DNA of 64,000 nucleotides, taken from sequence record SRR31156797_4650, one strand, 5' to 3'. Shown here in pieces: positions 9,039 to 19,311 of this stretch (position 1 is the stretch's first letter; each line of letters opens with the position of its first letter). A program made the position numbers and the translations under genes. Under the pieces are notes generated by a model. That model saw only the letters and a program-made list of their open reading frames with translations, ran no database searches and was not told where the DNA came from.

Positions 9039-10706
9039 ATGGAAAATGAAAATCACAATCCCGACACCGGGAACGACGATGGGATAGATGAAACAGGCAT
9101 CCCTGGAATAACTTTTGAGGAGCTGCCAGAAAGAATGGCAGAAGCATGTGCTCGCGCAGGCTGGGACAAACTCATGCCGGTACAGCAGAAGGCTCTGCCG
9201 TATCTGTTGAAAGGACAAGATGTCATGGTCCAGGCCCGGACAGGTTCCGGCAAAACTGGAGCATTTGTACTTCCGCTCATAGAAAAACTCGATCCCAACA
9301 GCCCAAAATGTCAAACTTTGGTTATGGTTCCGACCCGAGAACTGGCCAAACAGGTCGCACAGGAAGCACGTATGCTGGCTGGTGACGATGGTATCAAAGT
9401 CGTGGCAGTGTACGGTGGTGTGGGCTACAAGGAACAGCTCGATGCATTCCGTGAGGGAGCCCAACTCGTGGTCGGTACTCCCGGTCGCATCCTGGACCAT
9501 CTCATGCGTCGCAACCTCCTCCTTGACGACCTCAAAGTCCTTATTTTTGATGAAGCAGACCGCATGCTGTCGGTCGGTTTCTACCCGGATATGGTGGAAG
9601 TAAAACGATATATGCCGCGCAACCTGATCGGCTCTTTCATGTTCTCCGCAACTTTCCCTCCCTCGGTTTTACGACTGGCCAAAGAATTCATGGTCAAACC
9701 GGAATTCCTGAGCCTTTCCTCCGACGAAACCAACGTCTCGGCCATATCCCATCAATTTGTGGAAGTGCAGGCCATGGGTAAGGAACGCAAGCTTATCAAA
9801 CTCATTGAGCTGGAAAACCCTTCCTCTGCCATCATCTTTGCCAACACCAAACGTAATGTGGAATTTACCGCAGCCCTGCTGTCCCAGTTCGGATTTGACG
9901 CTGAAGGACTTACCTCGGATTTGACACAGAACAAACGCGAACGCCTCATGACACGAATCAAGGAAGGTAAATTGCGCTTCCTCGTTGCCACGGACGTTGC
10001 TGCACGCGGTATCGACATCCCGGAACTTTCCCACGTCTTCATGATGGAACCGCCGGAAGACCCTGAATCCTACGTGCACCGTGCAGGCCGAACAGGTCGT
10101 GCCGGAGCCACAGGCACCGCCATCACGATGGTTGACGTCATCCAAAAGATGGAATTGGAACGCATCGCCACCCGATTCAAGATCACTTTTGAAGAGATCA
10201 AAGATCCCACCGAAGAAGATGTCACCGCTATCATCGAAGAACGACTTACTGCCATTCTTGAAAAACGTTTCCGCAAATTGACCAATATCCAGCAGGAACG
10301 GGTTTCCCGTTTTCTACCTTTGGCAAAAAAATACAGCGAAGACGAAGAATCTCTGGCCTTGCTGGCAATGTTGCTCGACGAACTCTACCAACCCACGTTG
10401 CACGGCAAGCCCGCTGAACCGACTGTTGCCAAAGAACAGTCCAATAAAGCGCGTTCCCCAAAGGGCAAAACAGCCCAAAAGCCCAAAAAGCGTGAGGTAA
10501 GGCCTGCTCCACAAGGACGCTCCGAAGCAAAACGCGCTCCCAAACCCAAGAGAACAAAACAGCCGATTAAAGAGACATCTGTCAACGAACCAAAACGTGA
10601 ATCCGCTCCCAAGGAGCAGCAACAGGTAGAGGGAGAAAGTACTCCCAAAGCCAGACCAAAGCCCAGACGGCGCCGTCGTCGCAGGAAGAAACCTTCCAGC
10701 AGCTAA
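9039..10706 (+). CDS. DEAD-box RNA helicase with basic C-terminal tail
   Basis: ARTGSGKT, PTRELA, TPGR, DEAD, SAT, ARGID and HRAGRTGRAG motifs; Arg/Lys-rich tail. Confidence 0.96.
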   Translation: MENENHNPDTGNDDGIDETGIPGITFEELPERMAEACARAGWDKLMPVQQKALPYLLKGQDVMVQARTGSGKTGAFVLPLIEKLDPNSPKCQTLVMVPTRELAKQVAQEARMLAGDDGIKVVAVYGGVGYKEQLDAFREGAQLVVGTPGRILDHLMRRNLLLDDLKVLIFDEADRMLSVGFYPDMVEVKRYMPRNLIGSFMFSATFPPSVLRLAKEFMVKPEFLSLSSDETNVSAISHQFVEVQAMGKERKLIKLIELENPSSAIIFANTKRNVEFTAALLSQFGFDAEGLTSDLTQNKRERLMTRIKEGKLRFLVATDVAARGIDIPELSHVFMMEPPEDPESYVHRAGRTGRAGATGTAITMVDVIQKMELERIATRFKITFEEIKDPTEEDVTAIIEERLTAILEKRFRKLTNIQQERVSRFLPLAKKYSEDEESLALLAMLLDELYQPTLHGKPAEPTVAKEQSNKARSPKGKTAQKPKKREVRPAPQGRSEAKRAPKPKRTKQPIKETSVNEPKRESAPKEQQQVEGESTPKARPKPRRRRRRRKKPSSS

Positions 10707-10709
10707 ATC

Positions 10710-11510
10710 GTGCCAGAAAAAACACTTATTCTTGGACTGGCCGCAGGTTACCATTACGGTGATGTGCGGCCTTTTTTCGCATCACTTGATCAGGTCGGAT
10801 ATTCCGGCGATCGGGTGCTCTTCGTATCCGATACGACCCGCAATCTGAATCGGATACAATCACACTCAGTGACCACCATTCCCATAGAACGGGCTACTGG
10901 GTGTGAAAACGTTCCCTACAACGGCCTGCGTTATTTTTCGTATCTGAACTATCTGGAATCTTCAGAAAGATATGACCGCATACTTATTGCAGATGTACGC
11001 GATGTCATCTTTCAACAAGACCCATTTTCCTTCCCATGGTCCAAAGGACTCAATTGCACACTGGAAGATCGCAGCGCGACCATTGGTGGATGTCCATATA
11101 ATGCCCACTGGGTTCGTGAACATCTCGGCCCCGAAATGCTCACAACTCTCACGGACAAACCAGTGTCCTGTTCCGGCACGACAGTTGGTGATCAGGACGC
11201 CATGGTCGACTATTTGCGTACCATGACCAGCCACCTTACACCGCCCCCCACGGCTAAACGCATGGCGGGATATGATCAGGCCATCCACAACATGCTTGTT
11301 CACACCGGACAGATTGAAACCCTAACCCTGCTCGACAACAGCGGCCCTATTCTCACACTTGGCCAAACACAGGGAGAACCCGCAGCCGATGACACAGGAA
11401 ACGTGCTCAACGAAGCAGGAACCCCAGCGCACATAGTCCACCAGTATGACCGCAAGCCGATTCTTTTCAAAACAATCCGAGGCTTGTACGCCGCAACGAC
11501 CTCCTTCTAA
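10710..11510 (+). CDS. Hypothetical protein, glycosyltransferase (GT-A)-like
   Basis: ADVRDVIFQQDPF (DxD-like), CSGT, DQAIHN and HQYDR motifs; 3 bp after the helicase. Confidence 0.55.
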   Translation: MPEKTLILGLAAGYHYGDVRPFFASLDQVGYSGDRVLFVSDTTRNLNRIQSHSVTTIPIERATGCENVPYNGLRYFSYLNYLESSERYDRILIADVRDVIFQQDPFSFPWSKGLNCTLEDRSATIGGCPYNAHWVREHLGPEMLTTLTDKPVSCSGTTVGDQDAMVDYLRTMTSHLTPPPTAKRMAGYDQAIHNMLVHTGQIETLTLLDNSGPILTLGQTQGEPAADDTGNVLNEAGTPAHIVHQYDRKPILFKTIRGLYAATTSF

Positions 11511-11532
11511 GCCCCCCCCTGCACAGTAAAAA

Positions 11533-11934
11533 CTACTTGAAGTACTGCTGAAATTCTGCACTAGGTTCGATGTCTGCGTAAATATAAAGCGCAACTCCAT
11601 ACGGATCGAGAGTCGCAAATCCTCGGTCACCCCATGGATGATCCTCAAGCGGCATAATAATCGGCAGTCCGGCCTCGACCAGTCGATCATGCGTTGCATC
11701 GACCAAAGAACAAGACTCCAATGCTATATTATATGTAAGTCCCCCCTTAAAAACTTCCTGCTCAGGAGATTGAGGCTCCATGAACTGTAGCGTGGGACCA
11801 TCTTCTCCAAACTTAAAATTGACATACCACCCACTATCAAACCAGATAGTTGCATTAAAATGAGTACAGTAAAAATCTCGGGCAAGCCCCGCATCGGCAA
11901 CAATGATGCAGGGTGAAACAGTCGATGGATTCAT
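11533..11934 (-). CDS. VOC/glyoxalase family protein
   Basis: RBS GGAGG before the ATG at 11934; ARDFY..F and DHPWGDRGF...DPYG motifs. Confidence 0.85.
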   Translation of the reverse strand: MNPSTVSPCIIVADAGLARDFYCTHFNATIWFDSGWYVNFKFGEDGPTLQFMEPQSPEQEVFKGGLTYNIALESCSLVDATHDRLVEAGLPIIMPLEDHPWGDRGFATLDPYGVALYIYADIEPSAEFQQYFK

Positions 11935-12053
11935 GGTTCCTCCGTTTTTTACAGAACTATCACAAACCCTGGCATCTGCCACGCTGTCATTTCTTCCCCA
12001 AAAACCACTCAACTATCACTTCTCCATCCAGACAAAACACCACGACATTGATG

Positions 12054-12078
12054 TTGACAAAGACTAATCAAGCGATTA
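12054..12078 (+). promoter_or_regulatory. tetR promoter with palindromic operator 1
   Basis: TTGACA at 12054-12059, then TAATCAAGCGATTA at 12065-12078. No RBS before the ATG at 12089, so probably leaderless. Confidence 0.65.
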
Positions 12079-12088
12079 ATTAATAGAC

Positions 12089-12670
12089 ATGAACAAGAAG
12101 GAACACATACTCAAAACTGCAGCAAGACTCTTTGCCATGCGCACGTATGACACTGTAGGCATCCGCGATATTGCCAGAGAAGCGGACGTCAATAGCGCCA
12201 TGGTTTCCTACTATTTCGGAAGCAAGGCAGGTCTACTACGGGAAATCTTCTCTCAATTCTCCGATTTATTCATGAGCGAGGCCAAACGTTGCATGAATAA
12301 CTCTCTCAATCCTCATGAATTAATTGGGAATTTTGTACCAACAGTCTTAAAAAATGCTCGTGCAAATCGCGATCTTTATCTCATTGGTCTGCGCGAATTG
12401 AATCACGATTCCGAAGAATTGCAGGATCTTCGCGACAATCTTATCAACGACTCTTTGGAAAACTACAAAGAAAACTACGAACGTCTGGGAATCAACAGAC
12501 CACGGTTGGATGGTATCCCGGGATTGGGTTTCACCGTTATTATTGGTGCTGTTTTTTCTGATTATCTGCTCGGCGGAGGCAGTTGTATCGACGATGAAGA
12601 AATGGTCGAAGAATATGCTGATGCGATCGTAGAAATTCTCCAAAAAGGTCTCACTGGATACTGGGCGTAA
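12089..12670 (+). CDS. TetR/AcrR family regulator
   Basis: N-terminal HTH: ILKTAARLF...IRDIAREADVNSAMVSYYFGSK. Confidence 0.93.
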   Translation: MNKKEHILKTAARLFAMRTYDTVGIRDIAREADVNSAMVSYYFGSKAGLLREIFSQFSDLFMSEAKRCMNNSLNPHELIGNFVPTVLKNARANRDLYLIGLRELNHDSEELQDLRDNLINDSLENYKENYERLGINRPRLDGIPGLGFTVIIGAVFSDYLLGGGSCIDDEEMVEEYADAIVEILQKGLTGYWA

Positions 12671-12688
12671 TTTTTTTTAACCTAGAAT

Positions 12689-12702
12689 TAATCAAGTGAT
12701 TA
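12689..12702. promoter_or_regulatory. Operator 2 of the TetR regulator, upstream of the RND operon
   Basis: TAATCAAGTGATTA, 13/14 identical to 12065-12078. Confidence 0.7.
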
Positions 12703-12730
12703 GTTTTTTATAGTCCTCCGAGGAAAAATA

Positions 12731-13840
12731 ATGAGAAAAGTCATCGTATTCTGCCTGTTGCTGACCATTGCACTGGCAGGCTGCAAAGAAGAAATCAAAA
12801 AAGTAGAATCTATCCGACCAGTCCGCGTCTTCACCGTTGAAAGTGCGACTGCACAGGAGTCACGAACGTTTCCCGGCAAAGTAAAAGCGACCCGGGAAGC
12901 CAGCCTCGCATTTCGCGTCGCAGGGCAAATTGTAAAATTGAATGTAAAAGAAGGCGACCCCGTCAAACAGGGCCAACTCATTGCCATGCTCGACCAACGT
13001 GACTTTCAAGCTGCTGTGGCTGATCTCCAAGCCCGCCTTGTTGGAGCAAAATCGGTCCTGAACGAAGCCAAACTCAACATTGACCGTAACCGCAAACTTC
13101 TGGCCGATAAAATTATCGCCCAGTCAGCCTTTGACTCCGCCCAATCCAAGTATGAAACCAGTCGCTCAGAAGTTCTCTCCCTTGAACAATCACTGCGACG
13201 AGCGCGGTTGAATCTGCAATATACCAGACTGGAAGCGCCATTCAGCGGGATCATTGCCGAAAAGATTCCATCCAATCATGAATATGTCCAAGCCAAGGAA
13301 GTCATTGTCCAGTTGGCCGACACTTCTGCATTGGATGTTGTAATTGATATCCCGGAAAACATCTGGATCAAGGCCTTCAAAACAGGTGACGTTAACCTGC
13401 AAGGATTCAAGGCTCGCTTCGAATCATACCCAGACAAACTTTTCCCCGTCCGTATTAAGGAATATCAAACTAACGCCAATCCACAGACCCAAACCTATGA
13501 AGTGACGCTGACTATGAATAATGCGCAAGGATTGGGAATCCATCCCGGCATGACCGTAGAAATCGTGGGAAGTGTCCCTGAAGAAATAAGTGCCGCTTCC
13601 GTTACTGTTCCATTCTCATCAGTAATAGGTGAAGTCGAAGGCGATAAGTATGTCTGGGTCCTCGACAGCAACAGTTCCGTTGAAAAGCGTAAAATTGAAG
13701 TTGAAAAAATCATTCAGGATATGTTTCGCGTTACCGGTGACATCCACCCCGGCGACTTACTCGTCGTCGCTGGAGTCAACTACTTGCGAGAAGGCCAAAA
13801 AGTGAAGGTACTTGAAGGTCGAATCGGAGGCCGAGATTAA
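12731..13840 (+). CDS. RND periplasmic adaptor (MFP) lipoprotein
   Basis: Lipobox LAGC; LAFRVAG and LEAPFSG motifs. Confidence 0.92.
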   Translation: MRKVIVFCLLLTIALAGCKEEIKKVESIRPVRVFTVESATAQESRTFPGKVKATREASLAFRVAGQIVKLNVKEGDPVKQGQLIAMLDQRDFQAAVADLQARLVGAKSVLNEAKLNIDRNRKLLADKIIAQSAFDSAQSKYETSRSEVLSLEQSLRRARLNLQYTRLEAPFSGIIAEKIPSNHEYVQAKEVIVQLADTSALDVVIDIPENIWIKAFKTGDVNLQGFKARFESYPDKLFPVRIKEYQTNANPQTQTYEVTLTMNNAQGLGIHPGMTVEIVGSVPEEISAASVTVPFSSVIGEVEGDKYVWVLDSNSSVEKRKIEVEKIIQDMFRVTGDIHPGDLLVVAGVNYLREGQKVKVLEGRIGGRD

Positions 13841-16800
13841 TGAATCTGGCAGAACTCTCGATCCGCAAAAAGACCATTACTCTGGTTCTTACGGCCTGTT
13901 TCCTTGTAGGCGGCGCGCTCTCCTTCCTGAATATGTCCAGATTGGAAGACCCCGAATTCACTATCAAAGAAGCCCTCATCATCACCAACTACCCCGGAGC
14001 AACACCGGAAGAAGTGACCAATGAAGTCACTGACGTCATTGAAAGTGCGGCCCAAGAACTGGGACAACTTGAAACTGTCGAATCAGTTAACAACCCGGGT
14101 CAATCCATTGTCACTGTCGAAGTACAGGACAAATACGGCCAGGAAAAACTTCAGCAAGTCTGGGATGAACTCCGCCGTAAGGTCAATGACGCACAGGTTC
14201 AACTGCCTCCTGGAGCCGAAACATCCATGGTCATCGATGACTTTGGCGATGTATACGGAATTCTACTCTCCGTCACAGGTGAAGGATATCCGCAACAGGA
14301 TATTCAGGATTTTGCCGATTATCTGCGAAAACAACTGCTCCTCGTTGACGGTGTAGCAAAGATCACTATCTGGGGCAGTCATCCCGAGAAAGTTTATGTG
14401 GAAATATCCCGTGCACGCATGAGTCGAATGGGACTTTCACTGGATTCAGTCTATAACGCATTGTCACAACGCAACCTTGTGGTCCCCGCCGGTAATGTCC
14501 GTGTTGACAGGGAATACATCAAGATATCCCCGACCGGCACCATTGATTCCGTCAAAAGTCTCGGAGATCTGCTTATCAAGGATAACGCCAGCGGCAGACT
14601 TGTTCCACTTCGGGATATTGCTGAAATCAGCCGGGGTTACTCAGACACTCCGACACAGATCATGCGATATAACGGCAACAATTCCGTATCGCTCGGCATC
14701 TCTACAATTTCGGGCGGCAACGTGGTCGACCTCGGCTCTGCCGTCGACGCCAAGCTGGATGAACTCCAAGGGCAAACGCCAGTTGGAATGAAAATCGACA
14801 AAATATACTATCAGCCAAAACGAGTAGAAGAAGCTGTCAGTTCTTTTGCCTTGAACCTCGCCGAGGCTGTGGCTATCGTTATTGTCGTACTGCTCCTGTT
14901 CATGGGAATGCAATCCGGTCTGCTCATCGGAATTATCCTGCTCATCACGATTTGTGGTTCTTTTATATTCATCAAAATGGCTGGCGTCGCTCTGGAACGC
15001 ATTTCACTTGGAGCACTTATTATCGCACTGGGCATGTTGGTCGACAATGCCATCGTGGTCGTGGAAGGTTTACTCATCCGCTATCAACAGGGAGTAAATC
15101 GTCTTCAAGCAGCCGTGGAAGTCGTCAATCAAAACAAATGGCCTTTGCTCGGCGCAACCATCGTAGCCATCATGGCCTTTGCCGGAATCGGTCTCAGTGA
15201 AGACAGCGTCGGTGAATTCTGCCGCTCTCTGTTTATCGTCCTGTGCATTTCGCTCTCCATGAGCTGGATTACTGCCGTCACGGTCACCCCCCTGCTGTGT
15301 CACATGTTCCTGCATCCAAAAGTCGCATCGGACGAAGACCCATACGCCGGCAGACTCTATCGCATATACAAAAAGTTTCTTGTGTTATGCATGCATCATC
15401 GAACGATGACCGTGCTGAGCCTGGCCGTTATGCTATCCATGGCCATTTACGGATTTGGCTTTGTCAAACAAAGCTTCTTTCCGGCCTCCACACAACCGCG
15501 CTTCCTGATCCACTATTGGATGCCACAAGGAACGGATATTAGAACCACCAGCGATGACATTCATCAAATCGAAAAAATGCTGATGGAAGATGATGAAATC
15601 GTTTCTGTGACTTCCTTTGTGGGACAAGGTGGCCCACGTTTCATCCTCACCTACAGCCCTGAAAAGACAAACGCGTCATATGGCCTGCTGCTTGTTGAAG
15701 TAAAAGACTACCATCAAATTGAATCCATCATGGCAAAGTATCAGGGAAGAGTTGAAGCATCATTTCCTGATGCAGAACCGAAATTCAAAAAATTCCGTCT
15801 CGGTCCAGGCCGTGACGCCTCCATTGAAGTCCGATTCAGCGGCCCAGACACAAAGATACTCAAGGGGCTCTCCAATCAAGCTCAGGATATCATGTATGCC
15901 AGCGGAAATGCTCAAGGCATCCGAGACAACTGGCGACAAGAAGTCAAGATTATCCATCCGGTCATGGCGGAAGCCCAAGCCCGGCTGGCTGGTATCACTC
16001 GCCCAGGTCTGTCCAAGGCATTAAACATGTTCTTTGACGGTACAACTGTCGGAGTCTATCGAGAAGGCGACAAATTGCTGCCTATCGTGGTCCGACCGCC
16101 TGAAAACGAACGTATGGAAGTCAAGGAACTCGGTAATGTGCGCGTCTTCAGTCCCACTGCCGGCCAAATGATTCCGGTTGAAGAAGTGGTTTCAGAATTC
16201 AAGACTGAAATGGCCTTCGGAACTCTCAAGACGCGGAATCGATTGCTGACCATAACCGCATCCTGTGATCCGGCAAAAGGCCTGCCTTCCGTTTTATTCA
16301 ACACCCTCAGGCCGCAGATTGAAGACATCGAACTGCCACCGGGATATATCATGGAATGGGGTGGTGAATACGAGGATTCCACAGATGCCCAGACAAGTCT
16401 TGGCGGCTCACTCCTCGTCCCCACTATCATCATGGTGCTTGTCACCATCATGTTGTTCAACAACCTGCGTAATCCACTCATCATCTGGTTGACTGTGCCG
16501 CTGGCCATCATCGGTGTCACCGTCGGATTACTCATTACAGGTGAACCCTTTGGGTTCATGGCCCTGCTCGGATTCCTCAGTCTGTCAGGTATGCTTATAA
16601 AAAACGCGGTCGTGCTACTGGATCAGATCAAAATGGAACTGGAAAGCGGCAAAGAACCCTACCATGCCATCGTGGATTCAGCTGTCAGTCGTATCCGACC
16701 AGTGGCTATGGCTGCCGCAACAACAATCCTTGGTATGCTTCCATTGATGCTTGACCCGTTCTTCTCGTCAATGGCGGTAACCATCATGTCCGGGTTGGCC

Positions 16801-16875
16801 TTTGCAACAGTCCTGACCCTGATAGTCGTGCCGGTCTTTTTCGCCATGTTCCACAAGGTGAAAAACCCGGTATAA
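13840..16875 (+). CDS. RND efflux permease (AcrB/AcrD/AcrF family)
   Basis: 1011 aa; EDPEFTIK, GMLVDNAIVV and RIRPV motifs; TAATG overlap with the MFP gene. Confidence 0.95.
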   Translation: MNLAELSIRKKTITLVLTACFLVGGALSFLNMSRLEDPEFTIKEALIITNYPGATPEEVTNEVTDVIESAAQELGQLETVESVNNPGQSIVTVEVQDKYGQEKLQQVWDELRRKVNDAQVQLPPGAETSMVIDDFGDVYGILLSVTGEGYPQQDIQDFADYLRKQLLLVDGVAKITIWGSHPEKVYVEISRARMSRMGLSLDSVYNALSQRNLVVPAGNVRVDREYIKISPTGTIDSVKSLGDLLIKDNASGRLVPLRDIAEISRGYSDTPTQIMRYNGNNSVSLGISTISGGNVVDLGSAVDAKLDELQGQTPVGMKIDKIYYQPKRVEEAVSSFALNLAEAVAIVIVVLLLFMGMQSGLLIGIILLITICGSFIFIKMAGVALERISLGALIIALGMLVDNAIVVVEGLLIRYQQGVNRLQAAVEVVNQNKWPLLGATIVAIMAFAGIGLSEDSVGEFCRSLFIVLCISLSMSWITAVTVTPLLCHMFLHPKVASDEDPYAGRLYRIYKKFLVLCMHHRTMTVLSLAVMLSMAIYGFGFVKQSFFPASTQPRFLIHYWMPQGTDIRTTSDDIHQIEKMLMEDDEIVSVTSFVGQGGPRFILTYSPEKTNASYGLLLVEVKDYHQIESIMAKYQGRVEASFPDAEPKFKKFRLGPGRDASIEVRFSGPDTKILKGLSNQAQDIMYASGNAQGIRDNWRQEVKIIHPVMAEAQARLAGITRPGLSKALNMFFDGTTVGVYREGDKLLPIVVRPPENERMEVKELGNVRVFSPTAGQMIPVEEVVSEFKTEMAFGTLKTRNRLLTITASCDPAKGLPSVLFNTLRPQIEDIELPPGYIMEWGGEYEDSTDAQTSLGGSLLVPTIIMVLVTIMLFNNLRNPLIIWLTVPLAIIGVTVGLLITGEPFGFMALLGFLSLSGMLIKNAVVLLDQIKMELESGKEPYHAIVDSAVSRIRPVAMAAATTILGMLPLMLDPFFSSMAVTIMSGLAFATVLTLIVVPVFFAMFHKVKNPV

Positions 16876-16920
16876 TCATATTCCCCCTCAAATGTTTGGC
16901 AGCTCACATGCCAAACTCTA

Positions 16921-16957
16921 AAAGGGCCGGGAAGCACAAACCCCGGCCTTTTTTTTA
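16921..16957 (+). terminator. Rho-independent terminator
   Basis: GGCCGGG...CCCGGCC stem followed by a T-run. Confidence 0.8.
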
Positions 16958-17022
16958 TCCCCAGACTGTATAGTCGCCAAGGGCATAAACAACACTCCAA
17001 CACTCTAATTTCATGCTCCCTC

Positions 17023-17083
17023 TTGACGAATTGATTTGATTCACCTACCTTGCTTCGTGCTACGAATAACCATTTCGTAGCAT
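17023..17083 (+). promoter_or_regulatory. Sigma70 promoter plus NikR-like operator
   Basis: TTGACG-N17-TACCTT at 17023-17051. GTGCTA-N15-TAGCAT at 17057-17083, with perfect 9-bp arms TGCTACGAA/TTCGTAGCA. Confidence 0.65.
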
Positions 17084-17129
17084 AAAAAAATTAAACAATG
17101 ATAAATCGTGCACAAAAAGGGGCTTACAA

Positions 17130-18239
17130 GTGAAAAAATGTATCTTCGTTGCTCTATTCATCCTGACTCTTGTCACATCGGCAATGGCCTCTTCAGACAC
17201 TCGATCCATCACTGACAATGCCAACCGAACCGTCCAAGTGCCACAAGACGTCCAGCGCGTCATTTGTTCCGGTCCCGGATGTCTTCGCCTTCTGACGTAT
17301 CTTCAAGCACAATCAATGGTCGTAGCCGTTGACGACATCGAATCAGAAACAAGTCCATACGATGCGCGCCCCTATGCCATGGCCAATCCTCAATTCATTG
17401 GCATGCCGATGTTTGGAGAATTTCGCGGCCACGACAATCCCGAATTGATACTGACCCTTGAGCCTCAACCTCAGGTCATTTTCAAAACGTATGCAAACAA
17501 AATGGGATACGACCCGATAGAACTCCAGCAAAAGACCGGAATTCCGGTGGTAACACTCACCTACGGTAATCTTGGTAAACTCCGCCCGCAATTGTATCAG
17601 GCACTCCGCACCATGGCCGAAGTCATCGGCAAACAAGAAAGAGCAGAAGAAGTAATCGCCTACTTTGAAGCAGAAATTGCCGAACTTAAAAAAAGAACGG
17701 CAGACATCCCTGAAAACGACCGTCCCGGCGTTTTCATCGGCGGCGTCGCCTTCAAGGGACCGCACGGATTCCAATCCACTGAGCCAGCCTATCCACCATT
17801 CTCTTTCATCAATGCAAACAACCTCGCATACAACAAAGGGCTTTCCGGCAAAGAACTGAGCCACTCCGATGTGTCCAAGGAAATGATCGTAGCCTGGAAC
17901 CCGGACATTCTATTCCTTGACCTCATGACCATGCAATTGGGTAATGATGCAGGAGGATTGTACGAACTGAGAAATGATCCAGCTTACCGCAGCTTAACTG
18001 CTGTCTCCGAAGGAAAAGTTTATGGAGTTCTGCCTTATAACTGCTATTCCAAAAACTATGGTTCCATTCTGGCCAACGCTTTCTACATCGGCAAGTTACT
18101 TTACCCAGATCGATTTACAGACATTGACCCGATAAAAAAGGCTGACGAAATTTATCAATTCCTCGTGGGTAAACCTGTCTTTGAATTAGTCAATCAACTT
18201 TTTCAGGGATATGCATTCACCCCGGTTCCGGTAAACTAA
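17130..18239 (+). CDS. FecB/BtuF-type ABC substrate-binding protein
   Basis: Signal peptide; ITDNANRTV.VP..VQRVI, NPE.I and AVSEGKVY motifs. Confidence 0.9.
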   Translation: MKKCIFVALFILTLVTSAMASSDTRSITDNANRTVQVPQDVQRVICSGPGCLRLLTYLQAQSMVVAVDDIESETSPYDARPYAMANPQFIGMPMFGEFRGHDNPELILTLEPQPQVIFKTYANKMGYDPIELQQKTGIPVVTLTYGNLGKLRPQLYQALRTMAEVIGKQERAEEVIAYFEAEIAELKKRTADIPENDRPGVFIGGVAFKGPHGFQSTEPAYPPFSFINANNLAYNKGLSGKELSHSDVSKEMIVAWNPDILFLDLMTMQLGNDAGGLYELRNDPAYRSLTAVSEGKVYGVLPYNCYSKNYGSILANAFYIGKLLYPDRFTDIDPIKKADEIYQFLVGKPVFELVNQLFQGYAFTPVPVN

Positions 18240-18240
18240 T

Positions 18241-19311
18241 ATGCACTTCTCAGATGGACAAATTCCTGCCGAATATCGTCGGTATATAGGCTGGAAGACC
18301 ACGTTCCTTATCACCTCCATGGGACTTTTGGCGATCACTCTGGTGATCGCCATATCCCTGGGAGCGGCTCAAATTCCACTGATCGACGTCATATCCTCAC
18401 TATTGGACTTCCCGGTTTCAAGACGCGTGAATGTCATCATCTGGAATATCCGCCTGCCCCAAGCGCTCGCGGCCGTGGTGGCCGGGGCCGGACTCTCCAT
18501 ATCCGGCACAGCCATGCAATCCATCCTGCGAAACCCACTAGGGTCACCTTTCACGCTTGGCATTTCTCATGCTGCAGCATTCGGTGCGGCTTTTTCTGTT
18601 ATGATGTTGGGCGGTGGCGTCATGACCTCAACCAATGCGGGGGCTGTCAGCATTACCAGTCCGTATATGACGACTGCAGCGGCCTTCGTCGCCAGCCTCA
18701 TCGCGGCCGGCGTCATCGTGGGTATTTCACGCACACGCGGCGCAACACCTGAAGTAATGGTTTTGACCGGCGTTGCTCTTGGCGCTCTCTTCACGGCCGG
18801 AACCATGTTTCTGCAATTTTTTGCGGATGATATTCAACTGGCTGCCATGGTCTTTTGGACCTTCGGCGACACAGCTCGCGCATCCTGGTCTGAGTTGGGA
18901 GTCATCACGGCAGTTGTTACGGTGTCATCACTTTACTTCCTCACCAACAGTTGGAACTACAACGCCATTGATGCCGGAGATGAAACAGCCAAAGGACTCG
19001 GCGTCCGAGTGGAACGGGTCCGTTTAATCGGCATGTTGTTGGCATCTTTGGTAACAGCGACGATCATCGCCTTTCTCGGCATTATCGGATTCGTTGGCTT
19101 GGTCGTGCCGCACATGGCCCGCCGCATCATCGGCTCTGACCATCGTTTTCTTTTGCCCGCGTCCATTCTGGGTGGCAGTATCCTGCTACTCATTTCAGAT
19201 ACAGCGGCTCGCCTAATACTGGCCCCGCATATTTTACCGGTTTCCGTGCTCACGGCCTTTATGGGCGCACCAATTTTCATTTATCTCATAATACGGGGGC
19301 AACGCCGATGA
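18241..19311 (+). CDS. FecCD/BtuC-type permease
   Basis: IRLP, QSILRNPLGSPFTLGIS and GIIGFVGLVVPH motifs. Confidence 0.93.
   Translation: MHFSDGQIPAEYRRYIGWKTTFLITSMGLLAITLVIAISLGAAQIPLIDVISSLLDFPVSRRVNVIIWNIRLPQALAAVVAGAGLSISGTAMQSILRNPLGSPFTLGISHAAAFGAAFSVMMLGGGVMTSTNAGAVSITSPYMTTAAAFVASLIAAGVIVGISRTRGATPEVMVLTGVALGALFTAGTMFLQFFADDIQLAAMVFWTFGDTARASWSELGVITAVVTVSSLYFLTNSWNYNAIDAGDETAKGLGVRVERVRLIGMLLASLVTATIIAFLGIIGFVGLVVPHMARRIIGSDHRFLLPASILGGSILLLISDTAARLILAPHILPVSVLTAFMGAPIFIYLIIRGQRR

Noticed and set aside
16960-17129. Cobalamin riboswitch or Fur box before the FecBCD-type operon
   Set aside because: The leader is too short (~70 nt), and I saw no B12-box or GATAATGAT-like motif.
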